This document shows positions 54,831-64,000 of a stretch of 64,000 nt of DNA, piece by piece. How positions within the stretch are numbered: the stretch's first letter is position 1; the number at the start of each line of letters is the position of its first letter. The DNA comes from Paraspadella gotoi (taxonomy: Eukaryota > Animalia > Chaetognatha). The translations under genes were made by a program, and so were the position numbers. A model generated the notes under the pieces. It did not search any database and was not told the origin of the DNA. It worked only from the letters and a program-made list of their open reading frames with translations. The DNA is taken from NCBI GenBank assembly GCA_051294375.1, contig CM119269.1, forward strand, positions 4,094,626-4,158,625. Direction: 5' to 3'.

Positions 54831-56100
54831 TTTTTTCTTTTTTTTTCTCGACGACGACTCGACGACGAACTGATGATGAACTTCGATTAACAACGCCCTC
54901 AGTCGCGACAACTCGAAGTAAGGGAGGTATATTCACACTGCCTCACAGCCTCGGAAACGTTTTTTTACGATTGACGATTTTTGGCTCTGAAATCGTTTTC
55001 CAACTTTCGATTTCATTGTCGTCAGAAAACCAGATCCCTATACTAAAGAAAACAACTTTGGTTCTCTCCCGTAGGGAGACAGTCCGGTCTTGGCGTGGAA
55101 AGAGCGCGAAGGGATCACGCGGTGGTACAACGAGATTGACGCAGGCTGAGGGCCGTACGACCGGCGGCGAATCGCAGCCGGGGCGCGGACTTTTTTTTAT
55201 TTTGGAGGAAAGGGTCTCGCGCCCACGCTTTGTTTTATTAAGGAAAGACGGAAAGACGGATTTTAGCGGATTAGAAAAGTGACAAATCTGCCATCGTTCT
55301 TAAGGGAGCAAGGTTTGACAGAGGGGGGGGGGAATTGAATTAAAAGTGTTTTAATTAGTATATTTTATCAATCAACTTTTTAATACGACGCGGACGGGAT
55401 TGACGGGCTGATTGTTTATTTACCGTCATTCATCCAGACTTTGGTCAGTAAGTTCAGAAGTGTTGGGGTGAGTTATCGAGCAAGGTTTTTGCCACGACGG
55501 AAGCAATAACCAATAACAGTTTCGTGAACGGACGCGAATCGATCGCGATGAGACGGTCTCGATACAATTTGTATTTTTAATATTTTGTCCTCGATACTTT
55601 TCCTTAATCTGATTCATTCTCGATGTTTATAAAGTATTCACAACAACAACGACAACACCCGTCTCCTTCAATGCTACAACGACGACGAAAAAACTTACTT
55701 GACGACAAATTAAAAAAAAAAGAACAACGACAAGAATCGCATTTCAAAAATAAAAAAAACAAAAAAAAAACACGAAAAGGTAAGGTAATCAAACCGGGTA
55801 CTGTTCAAATGCTGCTACGCATCTCTCTCGTCTTATAATAAGAACAAGCACCTTATCGTTTATCGCTTATTTTAGCGGGAGCCGACCAAATTCAAATTTT
55901 AATGGGAACAGAAAGTCTTTTTTTTTTTTTTTTAAAGTGGAATTTAGAGGAAACAAAGTGTTTTTTGAATTTGTTACAACGATTTATTTTCAATAAAGGG
56001 ACATGTTTCGACTCTTTGGGTTCGAGTCTTCTCAGCATTTGAAATTCACAAACTTTTCAGTTGTTTTCATTGACTTTGGAGAGAAGAAGGAGAGAGAGAT

Positions 56101-56160
<60 letters not shown>

Positions 56161-56551
56161 CGAGAGAGAGAGAGAGCTTCCAACAAAGAATTGAGTAAAG
56201 GACAGTGGTCAGATGTGAGGATAGGTGAAAAAAAAAAAAATCGTTGTAACAAATTCAAAAACACTTGTTTTCCTCTAAATTTTTAATGCTTTATTGCCTA
56301 ATGTTTAGATTAATTTTTTAAATTTATTTGTTTATTATGAAATAATGCTTTCCTAATTTATCGATCGATNNNNNNNNNNTTTAGATTAATTTTTTTAATC
56401 TATTTGTTTATTATGAAATAACGTTTTCTTAATTTATCGATCGATTAATCAATTAAAAAAAAAATATAACTTTTTATTTTTACAAATTAATTAAAATTAA
56501 TTAAAAAATTATCCATTTTTTATTTTTTTTTTTTTTTTACAAATTTTTTAC

Positions 56552-56860
56552 CTCCTTTTTCGTCCGTAAGGCTGAGCGTTCTGACCGGGGGGCGCGGTCA
56601 TGCCATTCATGGCACCGCCCATTTGTCCACCCATCATCATGCTCATCATTTTACTTCCACCCTTCTTGGTGCAGGCTGAGTCGTCGAAGCCATGATCCAG
56701 GGTCTTGTCGGCGCAGATGTCGACGTCGCACTCGAGTTCCACGCTGTTCTTGTCCATCGTCCTCGCCTTCTCCGACCACGAGAACGCCTGGAACTTGATC
56801 ACGGCGTTCTCGTATTCGCCGTCGTGGCGCTCGACGGCGTGAGATTCCCAATCCTCATTC
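56552..56860 (-). CDS. ZP-domain protein exon 9, ZP-C end, Met/Gly linker and furin site
   Basis: MNEDWESHAVERHDGEYENAVIKFQAFSWSEKARTMDKNSVELECDVDICADK...SACTKKGGSKMMSMMMGGQMGGAMNGMTAPPGQNAQPYGRKR(R); hallmark ZP-C F.AF.. and V.L.C.V..C motifs plus RKRR; follows exon 8 directly in both plus-strand copies. Confidence 0.88.
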
Positions 56861-57428
56861 CTGTACGGAGAGAGAAGTTTGGTCGAAACCTCTCTCTCTT
56901 CTCTCTCTCTCTTCTCTCTTCTTCTCTCTCTCTTCTCTGCTCTCTCTCTCTCTCTCTCTCTTCTGCTCTCTTTATTCTCTGACTTTTTCTCTTTTCATAA
57001 AATATTAGTTTTTCTTTCTTTTGGATGAAATTAGTCAAGTATCTGGAAAAACAATTGCTTTTAGAAAGACACGTTTGTGTTATTCGTTTGCTGTTGACGC
57101 ATTCAAAGGATGCAGCACAGGGATTCTGGAGACACTCATTCACATCTGTCAAATAACCAAAGAGAGAAGAATTAAAGATACTGTAGTTGTAATTGTCAAT
57201 AGACATGAGTTTTTTTTAGAAATTGGTACAAACTGTCCATATTTTTGACAAATAATAATAATATTGATAAATAAATGACTATATACATATTATTTTTTTA
57301 TTACATCTAAAGGGTAACTTAATTATTCAAAATTATCCTCGAACAGTTTCAATCCTTTAATAACTGAACTTGTTTTCAAAAACCATTTCATTTTTTTTGT
57401 CTGACTATGCTTAGTATGCAATGCTTAC

Positions 57429-57703
57429 CCTCACAAGACGGCGGGATTTGTGGGACCCAAGCGGTGGCCGTACGGTAGTAAATGAGGCCATCGGCCTTTT
57501 GCACCATCTCACGACAGCGTTGAGTGGCGGCACCTTTGTTGATAAATCCTGAATCGCACACAAATGTGGCTTGTGATCCTATCTTCACATCGTCAGTTAG
57601 ACTCGTCTTTCCATTCACGACCGACGGACGAGAGTTGCACTCCTCGCGTCCCATCACGACAAAGTTCATTGTGAGCTTTTGCGCCGGTTCGGTGGAGACG
57701 GAT
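57429..57703 (-). CDS. ZP-domain protein exon 10, EHP-like strand and Sushi/CCP domain
   Basis: Phase-2 join gives RKRR-SVSTEPAQKLTMNFVVMGREECNSRPSVVNG...GSQATFVCDSGFINKGAATQRC...WVPQIPPSCE, with the four Cys and Trp of a CCP module. Confidence 0.88.
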
Positions 57704-58083
57704 CTATGAAGGATTAATTGATTGGCAATGGTTTAAATGATTGATTTTATTGATTTATGGGGATTTTATTTTATTCTTTGATGGTGAAGACGGCGGGGAC
57801 GGGAGCAACCCTCTTTTGCGTGTTTGATCAAAGTCTGACAGAAATCTTCTTATTCACTCATTTTAAGAAAGAAAAAAAAAAGAAAAAAAGGGAAAAAAGA
57901 AAGAAAAAGAAAAGAAAAGAGAAAGAAAGAAGAAAAGAAAGAAAGAAGAAAGAAGAAAGAGAAAGACAAAAGAAAAGAAAGAGAAAAGAGAAGAAAGAGA
58001 AAGAAAAAAAGAAAGAAAGAAGGAAAAAAAAAGTAAGTACGTAAATCGGGTCTTTTATTCAAATTATACTTCCCCCTTTTCAG

Positions 58084-60282
58084 TTCTGATCCTCTTTTCC
58101 ATTACCCGAAAAGCAGTGACGATTATGCCTTGGCCCTTCAGACTGCGACGTCCAAGGAGTCGTCAAGTATATAAAATTGAATGTTTCTCAATGAAATGGG
58201 ATACAAGAGCGTCGATGAAATAAAAAAATACGCTCATATGAAGCAATTTGACGACGTCACTGAGATGCCACCTTATGAAATTGGACGATTTGATAAAAAT
58301 ACTACACCGGCATGGAAAAAGTTACATGGAATGCGGATCCGGAAAAAGAGGAAAAACATGGGACGCTCATCTCCACGAGAATCTCTTACGTCAACAGCTC
58401 AAGGAACATGAACCAAAATTAAAAACGCAGTTGATTTGGGGATACCCTTGACCCATCCCGAGAACATGGGTCATTTAATGGTCGAATCCGATTATCAAAA
58501 CTCTATCCAAAGGTACCTTTTTTTTAAAACTCTTTTAAAACCTTGTTGAAAATTATTATAGCATTCGTGTGTATTTATTTTCTCGTCGCGCAGAGAAAAA
58601 AGACTGTCGATGAAGATGATGGAGGGGTTAAAGAATATTTCCTCCCCCGACCACCGCCGCGTGTTTTTGGCCGTTTGAAGAATGGGACCGATGGGGAAAT
58701 GGCCCGAAGCCGTCAATCGATGTCAATAGATGCACCAATATGGTGGAGTCGGGGATTCTCTCATCGCCCTCGTATATAAAACGTTCCCATCAATCATTCA
58801 TTTACTCTCGAAATTGTATTCATTGAATATTGGATTCGGTATGTTAATCTTTGAAATGGCAGAAAACACGAGAAGAAGTTTACTCAAGGGAAGAGCGAGC
58901 GGAAACAACACCAAATACGAAGGCCAACATGTTGAACTTACAGGTTCAAGAGGTGATGCTCAAGAGATACCATCGTTATGAAAAAGGTTTGAAGAATCGA
59001 GAAGGAAGGCCCAGAGAGTTTTCTTCATAAGTTTGCGGGAAAGCTTGCTCGAAAAACTGAAGATTCAAGTGTTCCAACGGCACCGCGCGGAATCTTGGGC
59101 TTTCAAGGAGTCCACATAACGAACACGCTCACCCCGTAATCACATGATGTGGTGAACCGCGACGCTGAAACCAGCAGCTCTCAACAACCCGCCTTAAGAA
59201 ACGAAGACGAAAGACGTGATCGAGTTTTGAAGGATTTCATCGAGGACAAGGTCGGAAGACGAGGGGCCCGAGATTCTCCTCGAAATGGTGGAGAAGGAGC
59301 GTGAGATAATCGACGGGGAAGATTTTCTCGAAAAAAAAACGGGGAGCCCTCATGAAAAATTTGCGAACGTCCACCCTCAACTCTGACAATAAGATGGAGG
59401 TAAAATCTCATATTTCCTTTTCGATGGGGTGGGAAAAATTGCCAAAGAAGAATATCAAAGAACGAACTGAACAAAAACCAAGTGGAGAGAAACCAAAAGG
59501 GCACAGAAAAAAATTGAGGAAATTGATCTCGTGTGAGCAACATTTGTTAATAGTTTCAAAAATTATTTTTAATTTGTTTGTTATATCATTTTCAGTTGGC
59601 TCCTTCTTTCAGTTGCGAATACAAGGGAAATGTCCCACGTATCTACTAAACTCCAAATCAATAGCAGAACAGAAAACACATGAACATGGAGATTGAAATT
59701 ACGCCTTTCGTGAGTTTAATTTTTTTCCTTTTTTTCCCCCTTTTTTTTAACTGATGCTTTTTTTTCAGGCTTCACGTCAGGATGGGAGGCATGTGGACAG
59801 ATATACGCATGAAAAGGGAGGCGATCGCTGGGGAGACGATAAAGAAACCGGCATGGTCAAAATGAGACTGGATCAAAGTGTCGGTCACTGGTTTGCCAAA
59901 AGGATTCTAGACGCGGTTTCAGGGAGTGCAGGGTACGCTTGCGAACGAATCTTGTTAAAAGATATTGTTAAAATTGAGGATTGAAAAATTTGATCGTATA
60001 TATTTCTCTTTCTTAATCAAGGCGATTCCAAAGACTACGACTACGTCGTTATTGTCAAAGGAGAACAGCTTCACTGCGCTTTCATGTAATTCGTAATAAA
60101 GTTTTTTTAAAGTAAATTCCACTTTACATGTGATAATCCTTTCTTTTTCGTTGTTATTTGGTATTTAGAGGAAACAGATGTTTTTGAATTTGTTACAACG
60201 ATTTTTTTTTTTTCACCTATCCTCACATCTGACCACTGTACCCTTTACTCAATTCTTTGTTGGAAGCTCTCTCTCTCTCTCG

Positions 60283-60342
<60 letters not shown>

Positions 60343-61198
60343 AATCTCTCTCTCCTTCTTCTCTCCAAAGTCAATGAAAAACAACTGAAAAGTTTGTTGA
60401 ATTTCAAATGCTGATGAAGACTCGAACCAAAGAGTCGAAAACATGTCCCTTTTATTGAAAATAAATCGTTGTAACAAATTCAAAAAAACACTTTGTTTCC
60501 TCTAAATTCCACTTTAAAAAAAAAAAAAAAAGACTTGTTTCGACAAACTCTCTCTCTCCGTACAGGAATGAGGATTGAATCTCACGCCGTCGAGCGCCAC
60601 GACGGCGAATACGAGAACGCCGTGATCAAGTTCCAGGCGTTTCCGTGGTCGGAGAAGGGCGAGGACGATGAACAAGAAACAGCGTGGAACCTCGAGTGCG
60701 ACGTGCGACATCTGCGCCGACAAGACCCTGGATCATGGCTTCGACGACTCGCCTGTACCAAGAAGGGTGGAAGTAAAATGATGAGCTATGTGATGGGTGG
60801 ACAAATGGGCGGTGCCATGAATGGCATGACCGCGCCCCCCGGTCAGAACGCTCCAGCCTTACGGACGAAAAAGAGGTTAAAAAAATTTGTTAAAAAAAAA
60901 AAAAAAAATAAAAAAATGGATAATTTTTTTAATTAATTTTAATTAATTGTAAAAATAAAAGTTATATTTTTTTTAATTGATTAATCGATCGATAAATTAG
61001 GAAAGCATTATTTCATAATAAACAATAATTAAAAATTAATCTAAACATTAGGCAATAAAGCCATTAAAAAAACGAATAACACAAACGTGTCTTTCTAAAA
61101 GCAATTGTTTTTCCAGATACTTGACTAATTTCATCCAAAAGAAAGAAAAACTAATATTTTATGAAAAGAGAAAAAGTCAGAGAAATAAAGAGAGCAGA

Positions 61199-61230
<32 letters not shown>

Positions 61231-61694
61231 AGAGAAAAGAGAGAGAGAAGAGAGAGAGTAAAATGAGTGAATAAGAAGATTTCTGTCAGACTTTGATCAA
61301 AACACGCAAAAGAGGGTGCTCCCGTCCCGCCGTCTTCACCATCAAAGAATAAAATAAAATCCCATAATCAATAAAATCAATCATTTAAACCATTGCCCAT
61401 CATTAATCCTTCATAGATCCGTCTCCACCGAACCGGCGCAAAAGCTCACAATTGAAACTTTGTCGTGATGGGACGCGACGGAGTGCAACTCTTCGTCCGT
61501 CGGTCGTGATGGAAAGACGAGTCTACACTGACGATGTGAAGATAGATCACAAGCACATTTTGTGTGCGATTCAGGATTTATCAACAAAGGTGCCGCCACT
61601 CAACGCTGTCGTGAGATGGTGCAAAAGGCCGATGGCCTCATTTACTACCGTACGGCCACCGCTTGGGTCCCACAAATCCCGCCGTCTTGTGAGG
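58084..61694 (+). other. Second noisy inverted copy of ZP gene exons 3-10
   Basis: Reverse complement of 49980-51982, 55912-57090 and 57429-57860; colinear exon order; frequent single-base indels. Confidence 0.8.
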
Positions 61695-61977
61695 GTAAGC
61701 ATTGCATACTAAGCATAGTCAGACAAAAAAAATGAAATGGTTTTTGAAAACAAGTTCAGTTATTAAAGGATTGAAACTGTTCGAGGATAATTTTGAATAA
61801 TTAAGTTACCCTTTAGATGTAATAAAAAATAATATGTATATAGTCATTTATTTATCAATATTATTATTATTTTGTCAAAAATATGGACAGTTTGTACCAA
61901 TTTCTAAAAAAACTCATGTCTATTGACAATTACAAACTACAGTATCTTTAATTCTTCTCTCTTTGGTTATTTGACAG

Positions 61978-62098
61978 ATGTGAATGAGTGTCTCCAGAAT
62001 CCCTGTGCTGCATCCTTTGAATGCGTCAACAGCATTGGCTCCTTCCTCTGCCGCTGTCCCAATGGCGAGATGGAGTCTGAGGGCGCTTGCCACAGAAG
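61978..62098 (+). CDS. Calcium-binding EGF exon (exon 11 of the ZP gene, plus-strand copy, ends at gap)
   Basis: DVNECLQNPCAASFECVNSIGSFLCRCPNGEMESEGACHR, cbEGF consensus; phase-1 join to the Sushi exon; truncated minus copy at about 57090-57145. Confidence 0.88.
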
Positions 62099-62713
62099 NN
62101 NNNNNNNNNNNNNNNNNNNNNNNCCGATCAGAGCATTCATTCGACTTGGTCGTCTTATGCTTAATAAAACGAAAAAAATATCATACATAACCATATTTCC
62201 CCCCAAAAAAATCAATTCCACCCTTTTTTATTTAGCCTTTTAGATATTGTAAGGTTCTCATTAATGATTTTCATACAGGAATGATGTGTTATAACTATTT
62301 AGAAAACCAGGACATGAAGTAAAACAAACTGGCAAAGACGTATTGCAGAGACCCCCGGCGAAAGTCAAACAGACCTCAGGCAAGTGGAGTCCTTAAACCA
62401 CCAAAGCCTGTCCAAAGTCAGGGGCAAGATAGTTTAATAATTAAATGAATGGATAATCTTTATAATTATTGTACCAATTTCATACATTCTAATATTATGG
62501 ATTAGAGCGTTTATCCAATATGATTCTGGTAAAGCATAAAATATGAAAAAAATATATTAGAACAAAAATGACTACTAATTTGAAATTTTAAAAACTGACA
62601 AAAATAATTAAAATGATATTAACAATGCAAATTTTTTATATTTTTTAACAACTTACGATAAAAGCAGCTTAAAACCAAATATACTTCTATAAAATCCACC
62701 AACCGTTCATCAG

Positions 62714-62860
62714 CGGCCATTGGTGCCGTAGGCAAGTCATTCGCATCCCAACCCAAAGGTCCGGGGTTCTAGCCCGGTGGCCCCTTATATTGAACTGCTT
62801 ATATTGAACGGTTCTATCACTAACACATATCAACAATTACTGTCTTTTCACTTCAGGTAA
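62714..62860 (+). mobile_element. tRNA-derived SINE-like element
   Basis: A-box-like TGGTGCCGTAGG and B-box-like GGGTTCTAGCCC; the head and a CAATTACTGTCT-like tail are shared with a copy near 22125-22310. Confidence 0.55.
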
Positions 62861-63572
62861 CAAACGTTCTACAGGCTATCTGAATTTAGTTTCTAATCAA
62901 ATTTTTTTTTCAGAAACTGAGCTCATGATGATGTAAAATTAAACATAATATAAATGTACTAATCATTAAGTAATTTTCGTTAATGAAAACTTTTGTGTAA
63001 ATTATTATTTTCATAGATAATTTCATAAAAGTTTGGACCTTTACCTTTACGTAGCTGGCCAAAAGTAAAAATTTAGTCATACAGACCTAACTTTAAATCA
63101 CTGATTAATTTTAGGAACATAACTCTTCCTTATTTTTCAACATTTTCTAACTCATGCACTGTTTTTTCATTTTTTGTTAATTTTTCGACTTTTCAATAAG
63201 AATTTATAACTAGAATCCTTTTAGGTTTTTTACAAAAAAATAATCAAACTCTGAAAGAGAAAGTGTCCAGTGTCGTGTCCAAGGAATAAAACTATAGTAA
63301 CCCAATTGCTCTCAATTTAGAGGTTTTTTATATTACAAGCAAAAAAAATGCACATCTTATATAAAAGAAGCTAAAAATTTGAACAAATATACAAAGTAAT
63401 GCGTCAACCATTTGGTCCTTGGGTCGAAGGACATTTACAGTTGACAAAAAAAAAATCCACCAAGATGTTGAAACTTCTTCAATTCAGAAAAAGAAATTCT
63501 CTGCTTTGATTTCCGACCCCTTAGGAAACATTTCCGAGAGGAGGAAGGTGGACCAGGTGAGCTGCCATCATT

Positions 63573-63805
63573 TTATGAGTGCAGTGGCACCTTGTCGTCG
63601 ACGGGGTAACGACGACCACGACGACAGCAGAGGACCACGCCGATGACGACGATGGAGACGAGGAGGACAATAACGGCGGCGCCGAGGCCAATAATAAGGC
63701 GCTTGGTGGCGTGGTAGCTCATGTGGCCCATGTGGTATTCGTCGTTGTCGTGGTCGTGGTGGTTGTCGTGTTGGTGGTGAGAGGAATGCTTCTCACATTT
63801 GCGCC
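63573..63805 (-). CDS. Terminal exon: His-rich stalk, transmembrane helix, short tail (probably the ZP gene)
   Basis: GRKCEKHSSHHQHDNHHDHDNDEYHMGHMSYHATKR-LIIGLGAAVIVLLVSIVVIGVVLCC-RRGRRYPVDDKVPLHS*; linkage to the ZP gene is inferred. Confidence 0.82.
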
Positions 63806-63890
63806 CTTATGATTTAAAAATTGAAAGAAAATTTTAAATATAGGTATGAATACTCAATATTGATTGAATTTTTTCACACAATATGCTCAC

Positions 63891-64000
63891 CAGGTTTTTC
63901 CCATGGCCCGACATCCTTGAATCCATCATGGCATTTGCAGTTGAAAGACAAATTCTCCTCAATGCAGAAGGCGTTGGTGTGGCAGTTGCTGGCTTCACGC
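63891..64000 (-). CDS. EGF-like exon (runs off window end)
   Basis: REASNCHTNAFCIEENLSFNCKCHDGFKDVGPWEKP(G), completed by RKC in the next exon; GTGAGC donor in phase 1. Confidence 0.85.

Noticed and set aside
56548-56560. RKRR-stop as the definite end of the ZP protein
   Set aside because: The stop overlaps a usable donor whose phase-2 splice continues into an EHP-like strand and Sushi domain
62714-62782. Functional tRNA gene
   Set aside because: No complete cloverleaf can be drawn and the T-loop is TTCTAG; a SINE head fits better

Overview
AT-rich animal genomic DNA with GT-AG introns, many microsatellites and 13 N-gaps, from a draft scaffold. It holds two multi-exon genes that the ORF track mostly misses. 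(1) A divergent HCN-type cyclic-nucleotide-gated channel on the minus strand (567-15381, probable tail exons out to about 31.6 kb). It has a CMGYG filter, His-His in place of the cAMP-binding Arg-Thr, no recognisable HCN domain, and its S4 exon is not visible. (2) An apparently unusual ZP-domain membrane protein: signal peptide, ZP-N split by two long insertions, ZP-C, Met/Gly linker, RKRR furin site, EHP-like strand, Sushi, Ca-EGF, EGF, His-rich stalk, TM and a short tail (50058-64000). Both genes look exon-scrambled: exon blocks are minus-strand, but block order runs the wrong way. Internal evidence points to a scaffolding and long-read gap-filling artefact rather than real gene scrambling: indel-rich inverted copies in 19-62 kb show the ZP and putative tail exons colinear, block ends share microsatellites, and five gaps are exactly 25 N. 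No colinear copy of the HCN core exons exists here, so that part needs raw-read confirmation. The ZP protein architecture and the degenerate HCN ligand site are the best biological leads.
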